Assembly (NCBI GenBank): GCA_020057405.1
Contig: JAGVFW010000007.1
Location: forward strand, 1-59,371
Direction of reading: 5' to 3'
Source of the DNA: an archaeon
GTDB taxonomy: Archaea > Micrarchaeota > Micrarchaeia > Norongarragalinales > UBA97
DNA length: 59,371 bases
Made by a program: the position numbers and the translations under genes. Under the pieces are notes generated by a model. It ran no database searches. It was not told where the DNA came from and saw nothing but the letters and a program-made list of their open reading frames with translations. Below are positions 1 to 12,800 of this stretch, piece after piece. Each line of letters begins with the position of its first letter. Within the stretch, counting starts at the first letter, position 1.

Positions 1-360
1 GTTGTTGTAGCGGAAGAGGTTGCTTGCAGTGCCTGAAGCGCCAGTGGCGCCTTCGCCGACGGTGTTGTTGTAGATGGTGGCGTTGACTTTCGAGATGTCA
101 GAATAGCCGTTGGTGTCTACTATAGTGCAGTTGCACCACACGCGGGTGGTGGTTGCGGCAGTCAGCGTGACGGCATTCTGGCCTGTTCCGCTGACATAAC
201 ACGTGCCCATGACTGGCGCCTGGTTTCCGATAGTTGTCTGGGTTGTGGCCGAACCTTGAGCTGCGGCTCCAGTGATGTAAGGGTAGAAGAAGAACATTGC
301 TGCAACTGCGATTGCCGCGAGTGCAATTGCGATGAATGAACTGGAACCGTTATTTGCCAT
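1..360 (-). CDS. Secreted protein, 3'-partial; candidate fibre/pilin subunit (MANNGSSSFIAIALAAIAVAAMFFFYPYITGAAAQGSATTQTTIGNQAP...)
   Basis: Hand-translated ORF absent from the track because it runs off the window. ATG at 360 with GAGGTG SD; TATA-like TTTAAAAG at ~404-411; hydrophobic signal followed by a Thr/Asn-rich beta-type domain with VWCNCTIVDTNGY. Confidence 0.8.
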   Translation of the reverse strand, partial: MANNGSSSFIAIALAAIAVAAMFFFYPYITGAAAQGSATTQTTIGNQAPVMGTCYVSGTGQNAVTLTAATTTRVWCNCTIVDTNGYSDISKVNATIYNNTVGEGATGASGTASNLFRYNN

Positions 361-418
361 TTGAGCACCTCAATGTAACAATCTTTACTACTGCGAACTT
401 CTGCTTTTAAACTTATCC

Positions 419-769
419 TTAACCTGTTGGCGTTGCTTCGCCTGCGGGCGGCTGGGGCAAGTCCGCTGGCGTTTGCTCGTTTATTACCTGTACCTTGGTC
501 ACGATGCTTTCAGGATTGTAAACGCGAACAACTGTCTTGATTGCCTGCATGCTGTAGTCCCGTGCTGGTACGACTGACGCGACTCCCTTGCCTTCAGACC
601 GGGGAGCGGATAGGACGTAAGACCAAACCAAGAGCGCGGCTATCGCAAGGATGACGAAAACGCCGACTGCAGTGCGAGAATCGACGAATTGATTGGAGGA
701 AGGGGCGGGGTTCAGGCGCGTTTTGCGAACCGATTTAGATAGCTTGGCCCGCTTTGTCTTTCTCTTCAT
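419..769 (-). CDS. Small single-pass membrane protein
   Basis: Basic N-terminus, one TM helix (VGVFVILAIAALLVWSYVL), short extracellular tail; TATA-like TTTAATAA ~25 nt upstream. Confidence 0.7.
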   Translation of the reverse strand: MKRKTKRAKLSKSVRKTRLNPAPSSNQFVDSRTAVGVFVILAIAALLVWSYVLSAPRSEGKGVASVVPARDYSMQAIKTVVRVYNPESIVTKVQVINEQTPADLPQPPAGEATPTG

Positions 770-895
770 AGCAAGAATTCATTTGACCGTGCTTATTAAA
801 GATTAGCATTGGCCGGGGGGGGGAGAACCTGCATTTGCCGATTAAGGCCTTGCGGGACAGGCTGGATTTTCTTCCACTTTTATTCCGGGCGCAGA

Positions 896-3800
896 TTAGC
901 TTTGGCTTGCGACAAAGTCGATAAAGCCGTTGTAGGTGTCGGCGATAATGCCGCTTGGTACGTGCAGGTCAAAGTAGTGCGTGCGGTTTGATGTCAACGC
1001 AACTGTCGCTACTGCGAGGTCATAAGACGAGTTTGGCGTGCTGTCGCCGCCGCGCTCGGTAAACGCCGTTTCGTCGGACATTGTGGTGTCCCAGGCGTAT
1101 TTGATGTTGTCAAAGGTGATGTTCCTGAAGTTTGGCGTAGGGCCAGTGAGGTTGGTATCCTGGTAGGTCATGTCGAGGACGGTGTTGCCCCAGTTAGTCA
1201 CGTTGAGGGATTGCGCCGTTGAGGTGCCGCCCGGGCTTATCGTGCCGAAGGCAACCGCCGACGGGTTGACGGTTATTGCGACGAGCGTGTTTACTGTTGC
1301 AGTCGTGGTTCTCGAAGCCGTGCTTGCGGCGGCGTCGCTTGCGTTAACCGTACACGACCAGCTGCCGGCAGGGTAGAAGTACCGCATTTGGAAGCTGCAG
1401 TTTGCAGTGCCGCCTGTCGAGTTGGCAGAAACGGTAGAGCAGCTGGCGTTGTAGATGCCGATGCGCTGGTACGACGCGTTGTAGAACGACAGCGTCACGT
1501 TTTTCAGGAAAGCCGAGTAGTTGCTTGAGGTGGCGTTGAAGCTCGCGCGGAACTGGGATATCTTGCCAACCGCTCCCGTTACCGAGGCATTGCCGTTGCC
1601 GTAGTACTCCTGCGTCCACGCGCTCCAGTTGCTTTCCTGTCCCGAGCCGTTTGAGGGCGCTCCCTGGCCGTAGAGTGCGGTGATTTCTGCCGCGGTGATG
1701 CTTCGGTTCCAAATCTTGACGGCGTCAATCGAGCCGTCCCAGTAGTTGTTGGAACTTCCGGTTATTTGCTGTGGCGAGCCTATGCGGACATTCACGGCTG
1801 GAACCGTAGTCCACGTGGCGTCAACGTAGGGTGTTGAGTTCACCAGGCTGCCATCAACATAGACGCTCATGTGCGTGAGGTTGTACTGCCCTACTATGAA
1901 GTGCCATAGGTTGTCGTTTATTGCAGGCCCTCCCGCCGCTATTTGGTAGACGGTGCCCGTGTAGGCCATGAATCCGGCCTTGAAACTCGAGTTCATCAAG
2001 AGGCCGCCGTAGACGTAGAAGTTGCCGGAGACTTCGCTGTTCGGTTGTCCAACTATAGCCTTGCTGCTGGCGACTGCCGAGCCCGTCTTGACCCAAGCTG
2101 CGTAAGTCACGCCGGACTGGTTGAACCATCCAGCTGGAATCGTAAGCGAAGTTAAGGCTATTTGTCGTTTTACCCCGCCAAAATCAAGGCACCGCCCAAC
2201 TACGCAGCTTGTAGTGTTGAGCGTCGGGAATAAGCTCGCGTTCGTGGTGTTGGCGAAAGTGGCAATATACCCTTTTCCGCTTAGGTCCAAGCTTTTCAAA
2301 GCTTCAGTCTCATTGCCGGAACTGTCGCCCAAGTCCCACCAACCAACAAGCTGCGAATCGTTGAACGTGTAGTTCTTGGCTCTGAAAGCGAGGCTCACGT
2401 TGGTGAAGTTGTGGATGAAGCCCTCGTTGCCGCGGTTGTCGCTGTTGTTCTCCCAAGCAATTAGTTGGCTTATTTCGCTTGATGTAAGGCTGCGGTTCCA
2501 GATGTGGAGCTCGTCAACCGAACCGTTGTAGAAGGATGAACTGGCGCCTCTGGCGCCAACGCTCAGCAGGTCTGAATTGTTGATGTCGCCCGCCATTATG
2601 GTAAAGTTGCCGCTGCCTACCATCGTTCCGTCAACGTAAAGCACTATAGACCTGTTGGTTAGTTGCGTTCCGTTGACAACGCCAGCAACGTGGTGCCAGC
2701 CTCCGCCGCTTATGTCTCCGCCAGTAACTCCGGGATTGAGCGTGCCGTTGTAAATTAAGAACCTGACTTGCCTCGCGCTTCCGGACGGTAGGCTTCTGAA
2801 TGCAAACGGGTATCCTCCGTTGCCCGCCCACTTTTCTACAAGCGCACCGTTTGTGGCACTCTGGTTGTCCTTTACCCAGAAGGCAATAGTGTATTCGTTC
2901 GTGCGGTTGAAGTTTAGTTCGCCGTTTTTCAACCGCAGGAACTGGTTAAAGCCGTTGAATTGGAAACAGCCGCCAATCTTGCAGGAATTGTTGAAGATGG
3001 GCGTTGCGGCAACCGTTCCGTTTCCAAGCGAACCCGAGTTGTTGAATCGGCTGGAGTCTTTCGTGTCGTTCTCAAAATGCAAAGAAGCGATTACGACATC
3101 CTCTGCGTTCAAGCCCGCCGCCTCAAACCAGCTCCAGTTAGCCTGCGCTAGGGTGGTTCCCGAACTGGCGCCGCTTGGCCGAAGGGGTGTGCTGAAGTAA
3201 GTGCCGTTGGTGGGGGTGAATGAGTTTGACCGGTAGGGGCTAAACACGCTTGCGCTGTCGTTGACGACCGTGTTGTTCATCACGCCAAGCGACAAGTTGG
3301 CCGTCCCGTACGCGGATAGTTTAGTGTAGAGCGCGGTTTCCTCTAGGGTGCCGGAAGCGGTTGCGCTGCCAAAGCCGTTGAAGTCAATTAGCGTGGACCA
3401 GCAGGCGATAGACGTGTTGTCTGGCCCCGGGGTAAGGTCGATTGTCGCGGGGCCGACGGTGACTGACCCAAGATATAGCCCGTTGTTTGAGAAAGTAATC
3501 CACACCGTCTGGCTGGCGTTCATCGTCGCGTTTGTCGTATTCGTGTTCGAGTAGTTGACTGCAGTGAGCACGTGCGGAGTGTAGTTGGCGTTCACCGTGT
3601 TGTTGCCGATAAACTGCGTGACTGTGAACCAGCCGGTCACGCCAGTCGAGTCGGTAACAAGATTGCTGAGCAGCGGGTTCGTCGTCGCCGAAGTGGCGTT
3701 GGTGATGTTGACATAAGCGCCCGGAATCACGGTGTAGTTGCTCCAGGTGACGTTCGCGCGAACGAACCAGTCTATCGTTAGGTTGTTGTTGGCGCTGACA

Positions 3801-6800
3801 TCCCAGAGGACCGCGCTTCGGTTAAACGTCGTGTTAAGCAGCCGCAGGTCGGAACTTGTGGACATGTTGATGTCGAAGTAGCCCGCGTCGCAGCCCGCGG
3901 TGCAGTAGTTGATGGTGCCGTTTATGAACTGGTTACCAAGCGCGTTGTCCGCCTTGATGCCGCCGGCCCGCGATGTTATTGTCGTATTGGTGAAGTTAGT
4001 TGCATAGGCGTCCTGCATGTACACGCCGTACGCACCAGTGCCGTTTGTGGAGATGGCGTTGCCGGTGAAGTTGATGTCGGCCGGCGGGAAGGTTCCCGTC
4101 TGTCCGTATATGCCGTGTGCCGAAGTGCCGTTAGTCAGGATGTTGTTGTAGGAATAGTTCACGAACTGCTGGGCGCTTCCAAGCGAAGTTAGGTAAATGC
4201 CATAGCTGCTGGTGCCGAAAGTCTTGAGGTAGTTGTAGCTGATGTTGTTGTTGGTGCCGTCCTGCCCGTGGAGGGCAGTGGCAGACGTTCCGTTGGTGAT
4301 GAGGATGTTGTATTCCGCCACGTTGTCGCTGTTGCCGCTGGTGCATTTGGACAGGGCCAGCGCGTTTGCGGAGGAGCCGTTGGTGTAAATCGTGTTGTTG
4401 GAGAGTATGCCGTTAGTTGACCCGCAGTCTGAAATTCCGTTTGACGAGGTGCCGTTGGTGACAATCGTGTTTTCGGTGATTATTGGCGTGCTTTGGCTAC
4501 TTGCTATTGAAATGCCGTTTGAGTTGTCTCCCCACGTCGTTATTGAATTGCGGGTGACGTTGAACATCATGCCGACCGAAGAACTGCCAGTGGCGATGCC
4601 GGGTGCGCTTGCTCCCCGCGTTACGATGGTGTTACCCGTGACGTTCGCCTTCGCGTTTGTCGGGAAGAGTATGCCGTTTGCGGAGGAGCCGTTGGTGGTA
4701 ATCGTGTTGCTGATTATCCAGTTGTTCAGTGAGCTTATGCCGACGTTTATTCCGACCGCGTTCGAGCCGTTGGTGTAAAGCGTGTTCGCGGTGATGTTGG
4801 TAGAGTTGGTTGTCCTAAGGCCGATTGCGGGCGAACGCGAGCCGTTTGCAGTAAGCGTGTTTGCGAAAATGGTGACCGAACTGGAGTTGGTGATGTTTAG
4901 CGCACCTGCAGTCGTGCCGTTGGTGACAACCGTGTTTAGCGTGATGTTGAGCGTACGGGTATTGTTGAACAGGATGCCAATCGAGCTGGCGCCGTTTGTC
5001 AAAATCGTGTTGTTGCGTATCGTCAGGTTAATCGCGATGTTGTTTCCCGTGCCGTTCAAGTAGATGGCGCTTGAGTTCTGGCTGGTTCCGTTCTGGACGA
5101 ACGTGCACCCTCGGATGGTGATGTTGTCAAAGCCCTCGGCGCTGAAGTTCACGCCCAAGCCGATGCCGGTCTGGGCGTAGAAGACGTTGTACCCCAGGCA
5201 GTCTAGCGTGACATTGGGGCTGGTGATGGTAAAGCAGTTGGCGTCTGAAGCTACGTCGGTTGTGAGCGTGTAGAGCGAGTTTTCAGCCTCCTCTGCCCCC
5301 CGATAGGCAAGCGCTCCGCAGGTTTGTGATGTTGCGGGAGTGACCTGCGTCAGGGCCACCCAGACGGTCTGAGACCGGTTGACTGTCGCGTTAGTGCCGT
5401 TAAACTGCCACGTGCCCTGCGAGTAGTTGGTTGCGGAGAAGTTGTGCGGCGTGTAAGTGACGTTGGCCGTGTTGTTGCCGAAGAATTGCGTTACGACCCA
5501 CCAGGGAGTTGCGCCGTCAGCGCCCGCGACGAGGTTGAGGAACATCGGGTTTGTCGTCGCGCTCGTCGCGTTTGTGACATTGACGTTGGCGCCGTTGATT
5601 GGCGTGGAATTCGTCCACGTTACGTTCGCCCGCGCGTACCACTGGATGGTCAGGTTGTTTGCCAATCCGGCTCCCCAGTTGATGGCGCTTTGGTTGATTG
5701 TCGTGTTAAGCAGCCGCAGGTCCGAGTTTCCAGTCAGGTTTACGTCAAAGTAGTTCGCGTCGCAGCCGGCAGTGCAGTAGTTGATGGTGCCGTTGACGAA
5801 CTGGTTGGCGTACGAGCCGTTTGACGCAATTGCTCCGGCCCGCGATGTTATCGTGGTGTTTGTGAAGTTGACTGCCGTTGCCCTCTCGAGCAGGATGCCG
5901 TAAGCGCCAGTTCCGTTGGTTGAGATTGCGTTGCCGGTGAAGTTTATTATCCCGACCGTGCCGCTTGAGGCGGCCACGTAAATGCCGTGCGCGTAAGAGT
6001 CGTTGGTCAGGATGTTGTTGTAGGAGAAGTTGACGAAACCCTGCGTGGTTGTCCGAATGACGTAAATTCCGTAGCTTTGGCTGCCGAAAGTCTTGATGTA
6101 ATTGTAGCTGACGTTCACTCCGCTTCCGTCGGATTCGTAAATTCCCTGGGAGCCGGTCGCGTTTAGCTTGATTTGGTTGCCCTCGATTGCCATGAGCGTG
6201 TTGCCGGAGATGCTTGTGAAAGACTTGATTGCTATGGCGTTCGTGCCGTTTCCTTGGATGGTGTTGTTGTTTATGATTCCTCCATCCAATTGTGCAACCG
6301 AGATTCCAATCGAGCCCGTGTTGTTGAGGAAGATTGTGTTTTCAGTAATGTACTTGACTGTCGTAGTGCCGCCGCCGCTGATGCCGGTTTCACTTGTGCC
6401 CAACAACGTAATTCGGTTACCAGTTATGTTGCCTGCCACGTTGATTCCGCCCGCGGTGGCACCCCGGAGTACTATGGTGTTCGAAGTAGCATTTACGACG
6501 CCAGTGTAAGCCCCAGAAATTGCCGAGCCACCCGAGCCATTTGTGCTAATTACGTTTCCTGTTACGAACATCGTGGTGCCCGTGTTTCCATTCGATATGG
6601 TAATTGCCGCGGCGCCGGTTGAGTTGATGTCGATAGTGTTTCGTGATATGTTAACGGCCCCGAAGCCTACCGTGCCTCCGGCCGATATGTATATTCCGTA
6701 GATGGTAGGCGAATTCGAGCCGTTTATCCGGATTGTGTTGCCGGTGATGTTTTCGCCAGTGGCATACATGCCGAATTGAATTCCGGTGGATGTATTCGAC

Positions 6801-9800
6801 ACTATGCTGTTGCCGGTGATGTTCGTGTAGTTGTTGCTGGTTTTGAAATAGATGGGGACTGCGTTTGTCGCGTTTGTCGTCATCACGTTGGTTGCAATCC
6901 AGATGTAGGATGAGTTTGAATAGTTTAGTGCAACGGCCCCCCAGCCGGTTGTCGTGAAAATGTTGCCCGTGACGTTCGTCTGGTTTGAATTTTCAATCTG
7001 AACGCCGACCGACTGGAGCGAGTTGGTCCTGAACGAGTTGTTGTAGATTGTTATGTTCTTTGAGGCATCTGTTGGCGTGCCGTTGAAGTAAATGCCGGTC
7101 GAGTTGGCCGATGTGGAGTTCTCCCAGAAGTTGCATCCCTGCACAGTGATGTTGTCAAGGCCGGTTGTGCTGAAGTTGGCCCCCATGCCGGTTCCCGATT
7201 GAGCGTAGTAGACGTTGTATCCGAGGCAATCGAGCGTAATGTTCGGAGTGGTGAAGGTAAAGCAATTGCCGGCCGAGGCAACGTCGTTTGATAGGGTGTA
7301 GAGTGAGTTTAGGCCGCGTTCGGCGCCGTGGTAGGCTAGGGCGCCGCAGGAGGAGGGCGTGGTTTGCGAGAGGGTAATCCAGACGGTCATGCTCGCATTC
7401 ATGGTGGCGTTCGTATTGTTCAACTGCCACGCGGACTGCGAGTAGTTCACGACCGTGAAGTTGTGGGGCGTGTAGCTGAAGTTGGCCGTGTTGTTGCCTT
7501 CAAACTGCGTAACTAGCGACCAGGCGGTCGCGCCGTCGGAACCGACGAGAAGGTTCGCGTGCATTTGGTTTCCTGCAGCGCTTGTGGCATTGGTGATGTT
7601 TACCCGGGCCCCGACTATGGGTGTGTAGTTGGTCCAGGTGACGTTCGCCCGCGCGTACCACCGGATGGTCAGGTTGTTCTTTGTGCCGGAGCCCCAGCTT
7701 ACTGCACTCTGGTTGAATGTTGCGTTCACCGCGGTTAGGTTTGAATCGTATTCAAGGATGAAGTCGGCGTAAGTCGATGCGCATGCGCCGCACCTTATTA
7801 TCGAGTCCATTTCCAGCGTGTTGTTGCGGGAGCTCCTTGTGGAGTTGACTCCGCCGGAGTTGGCTTGCATGGTGTTCAAGCTAGAGTTGGTGCCGTTGCT
7901 TGCGAAGAGCAGGAGTGCAAAGGCAGCTGAACCCGTGGCGTTGAGCGTGTTTGATCTGATTATCGCGAAATTGGAGTCGCGGGCGTAGAGCGCCGAGCTT
8001 TCGGCGCCGTAGGTTCTAACGCGGTTAAACGTGATGTTGTTGAGTGGCGCTGTCGTCAGGTTGATGCCGCTGGAGTTGACGCCGGTCGTGTTTATCGTGT
8101 TGCCAATCACTACGTTGCCGGTTGCAGAACTCCCGAGCAGCACGATGCCGGAGGACAGGTTGCCGGTGGTGTTGATTGTGTTGGACTGGAGGATGTTGTT
8201 GTTGCCTTGAACTAGGATGCCGTGGCCGAGCGTGCCGGTGGTGTTTATTGTGTTGAAGCGGATGGTGTTGTTGTTAGCGCTGGTCCTCAGCCATATTGGA
8301 TGCCCTATGTTTCCAAAAGCAGGGCTCGCCGTGTCGAAAACAAGGTTGTATTCAAAAGTGTTGTTGATGACGGCCTGCCCGCCGGTTTGATATCCGTTTG
8401 TCGAGCCTCCGGTAACGGTAATGTTATTGGCGCGGAATGTGTTGCCGTAAGCGGTGCCGCCGTAGCCGATTGCCGAATAGCCTGCAAACAAGTCCATGAT
8501 GTTGTTGGACGCGAAGAACGTGTTGTGGACCGCCTCCAGCTCAAGGGCGACCTCGCCGGCTATGTGCGTTACGTTGTTGCTCGACATGTTCGAGTTTGAA
8601 ACGAAGGTCATGAGGACGTTGAACGTGCGGAAGGGCCAGTCGCCGTTGGAGACCAGCGTGTTGTTGTATATTGTGATGTTGTTGGAGTAGTCGCCGGAAG
8701 CCCCGGTTATGTTGAGGGCGGTCGTAATATTCATTACACTGCTGTTGGCATCGAAGATGCAGCCCCTTATCGTGACATTGTCAAGGCCCAATGTGCTGAA
8801 GTTGACGCCGGAGCCGTTCAGCGTCTGGGCGTACCTTATCCTGTGCCCAAGGCAGTCTAGCGTGACATTGTTTCCTGCGATGGTGTAGCACGTGCCTGCT
8901 GCAGTGAGGTCGGCGCCGACGGTGTAAAGGGTGTTCCAGCCGTCAGTGGCTCCGGTGTAGTAAAGGGGTCCGCAATTCGTGGTGGGCACTGAAGACAGCG
9001 TAATCCATACCGTCTGGGTCGAGGTGACGCTCGCGTTGGTGGAGTTGAAGTTGCTTATCGTCCCTGCCGTGAGGTTGTAGGCGGTAAAGTTGTGCGGCGT
9101 GTAAGTGACGTTGGCCGTGCTGTTTCCAATAAACTCGGTTACGAGGAGCCATCCGGTGGCGCCGGTTGAGTCCGCCGGCTGGTTGAAGTGCAGCGGGTTT
9201 GTGGCCGGGTTCGTCGCGTTGGTGACATTGACGAAGGCGCCGACTATCGGCGTGGAGTTAGTCCAAGTCACATTCGCGCGGGCGTACCATTTCTGCGTTA
9301 TGGCATTGGCGGTGCCGAATTGGTAGCTTATTTTCTTCGGCGGAATTTCGGTGTTGATCTGGGTGGTGGTGTTCGTCAGGGTGGCGTTTGAATCAAGCGT
9401 TACGGCTACGCTGACTCCGCTTGTAATGCTCCCGATTTTTATCGTGTCGTTGGTGAACGTGCTCAGTCTCGAGTTGGTGAGGTTTAGCATAGTGGACTTT
9501 CCGTTGCCGTCAATGACATCGTATGACGAGGCGGTGTAGTTGCTTCCGTTTAAGTAAAGCGAGTAGGGCCCGATTGCCCCAGGCCTGAACGTGTTGTGCG
9601 AGAGGGTGTTGTTCAGCGAGTTGTAGAAGTGCGCGGCGTGGGCTTCGCCGGTGCCGGCGGTTGTGACTGTGTTGTTGGTGTAGTTGCCGTAGTGGCTTGC
9701 GGAGGCGTAAATGCCCATCGCTTGGGCGCCGTAGGTGTAAACTGCGTTTTCGCTCACGTTGCTGCCATCTGCAGCTCCAACTCCGGAGTTGCCGTCGATG

Positions 9801-12800
9801 TAGACGCCGTGGGCGGTAGTGCCGCTGGTGTTGACCGCATTGTCAGTCACGTTGGCCCAGTTCGCGGCGGCTAGATAGATGCCGTGGGAAGTCGAACCCG
9901 TGGTGTTGACGGAATTTCTCCACACGACCGTGCTGTCAACGGTTCCGCCTTGGTTTTCTATCCTGATGCCGGTGCCGGTTGCGCCGAAAGTGGAGACTAC
10001 GTTGCTCTGGATTGTGTTGCTGTTGCAGTTGCCGCCGTCGCTTGCGCAACTAACCCCTATGCCATAGCCCGTGGTTGCGTTGTTTTGGACCAGGTTGTTT
10101 TCAATTATGTTGTTTTGTACCGCGGGACCGCCGAATGCGTAAATCCTGATGCCGGCGAGGCTCGAGGCGTTTGCGTATACGGTGTTTCGAGACACCAGCT
10201 GCGAGCTGGAATCGCCTATTTGGATTCCATCCCCGCTCTGCGTTCTGACCGTGTTGAAGCTGAAGTTGTTAACGGTGCTGAGGGAATTTCCGTAAATTCC
10301 GTAGGCGATGCTTCCGTTGGTGCCTATAGTGTTGAAGTCAACCGTGTTGCTGCCGGCCTGATAGAGTTGTATGCCATAACTGCTGGTGCCGTTGGTATAC
10401 ACTGTGTTTGATGTGACGTTGCTGGCAAACGAGCTGGACAGCAAGATGCCGTTTGAGGCTTCACTGATAGAGCCGTTGATGTTTATGGTGTTGAGCGCAA
10501 TCCTCTCAAGGTAGCCCTGGTGGATGTAGGCTGCCGTCGAGGTGTTCAAAATGAAGACATTGGACGAGAGGTTGGTGTTGTTCGTCGTTTGCAGGTAAAC
10601 ACCGTATGCCCCTGTCGCGTTTGTGGTAATCGTGTTGTTGGAGATTGTAAGCGAGCTTGAGTTGGTGACGTTGACTGCATGAGCGGAGGCGCCGTTGGTG
10701 TAGATTGAGCTTTTGGATATGTTGACCGTAAGCGTGTTATTCAGGTAGATTCCCGACGCGCCGGCTCCGTTTGTTACAATGCTGTTGTTGAATAGGGTTA
10801 GGTTTGTCGCCTTGTTCGCGGCGGTGCCGTTAAAGTAGAGTGCTGGGGAGTTGCTGGCTGCCGAGTTGTTGCTGATGAAGTTACACCCCCGTATCGTGAC
10901 GTTGTCGAGGCCGGTTGTGCTGAAGTTGACGCCCATGCCCGGACCGGCCTGGCCGTAGTAGACGCGGTGGCCAAGGCAATCGAGAGTTACGTTCGAAGTT
11001 GTGATTGTAAAGCAGTTGGCGGATGCAGCGATGTCGGCACTAAGGGTGTAAAGCGAGTTGAGGCCCTCCTCGGTTCCCCTGTAGGCAAGCGAGTCGCAGT
11101 TGGTGTGCGTTATGGACGACATCGTAATCCAGGCGGTCTGGCTGGAGTTGATTGTCGCGTTGGTGGAGTTGAAGTTGCTTATCGCGCCTGATGTGAGGTT
11201 GTAGGCAGTGAAGTTGTGGGGTGTGAAGCTCGTGTTGACGGTGTTGTTGCCGAAGAATTGCGTTACGGTCCACCACGGCGTTGCGCCGTCAGTACCTGCA
11301 ACTAGGTTGGCAAACATCGGGTTTGTCGCCGGATTCGTCGCGTTAGTGATGTTGACTAGCGCGCCGACTATTGGCGTGGAGTTCGTCCAGGTGACGTTCG
11401 CGCGGGCGTACCAGTCGAGCGTCAGGTTGTTTCCAGTACCCGCTCCCCACGTCACTGCGCTTCGGTTGAAGGTGGTGTTAAGCAGCCGCAGGCCGGAATT
11501 GCCTGACAGGTTGAGGTCAAAGTAGGCGGCGTCACAGCCTGAAGTGCAGGGTGTTATTGAGCCGTTGACGAACTGGATTGAGGCCGAGCCGTTGACCGCA
11601 AGCGCCCCTCCGCGAGAAGCTATCGTGGTGTTTGTGAAGTTGACTGAAGTCGCCTTCTCGATGAGCACTCCGTAAGCGCCTGTTCCGTTTGTCAAAATAG
11701 TGTTGCCGGTAAAGTTCACTTTTGCAACTACGCTTGAGATGTAAATGCCGTGGGCGTAGGAGCCGTTTGTCAGGATGTTGTTATAGGAGAAGTTTACGAA
11801 ATTCTGCGTGGTGGTTCCCGACACGTAAATTCCGTAACCCTGGGTGCCGGATGTCTTGATGTAGTTGAAGCTTACATTCACGTTTGTGCCGTCAACCTCC
11901 CTTATGCCGACGGCGCTCGTGCCGTTTGAGATAATTACGTTGTTGTCAATGCGGTTGTTCGCATTACCGCCAAGGGCCCAACTAACGCTGATTCCATTGT
12001 TTGACGTGCTGTTAGTGTAGATTGTGTTGTTCGAGATGATGACGTTGCTAATTGCGCTCAGGGAAATTCCGTTTCCCGAGCCGTTAATTACGATTGTATT
12101 TCCAGAAATCCAGCCGCCTGCCATGCCGTTTGATGAGGCAAAACCGCTGCCGCCGCCCCAGGTTGTTATCGAGTTTCCCGTGACATTTACCGAAGCAGCT
12201 GCAGATATTCCCGCAGCCGTGCCTCTGGCAACTAGCGTGTTGCCCGTGATGTTGGCGTTGGCGGTTGATGCAACGCTAATCGGGTTTCCCGAGCTATTTG
12301 TCCGCAGCGTGTTGCTTTGGATGAATAGGTTTTGGTTTGAGCCAGAGAAAATTACTGCATATGCCGCAGTCCCGTTCAGGTCAATCGTGTTTTCGGAGAC
12401 GTTTAGGAAGCCAAAGGCCGTGACGGTTTGAATGCCGTTTGACGAAGTTCCATTTGTTACTATTGTGTTCTTGGAAACGTTTTGGTTTACCGCATAGGCG
12501 GCGAAGTAAATGCCGGTTGAGGTGTTGGTATTGATTACGTTGCTCGTAATATTGGAGAAGTTGCTGTTGAGCACGAAAATACCGTAGGCGTTTGAGGCGT
12601 TTGTCGTCATCACGTTAGTTGCAATCCACGAGTAGGTGGAGTTGGTCAGGTTGATGGCATGGGCTGTTGAGCCGTTTGCGGTAAAAGTGTTGCCAGTGAT
12701 GTTCGTCTGGTTGGCTGTTGCAACCTGCACGCCGACTGACCGAAGCGAGTTGGTCCGAAACGAGTTGTTGTAGATTGTGAGGTTGAGTGCCAGCGTGCTA

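Noticed and set aside
162-368. 68-aa ORF in the track
   Set aside because: Alternative frame of the better-supported gene starting at 360, which has an SD and signal peptide.
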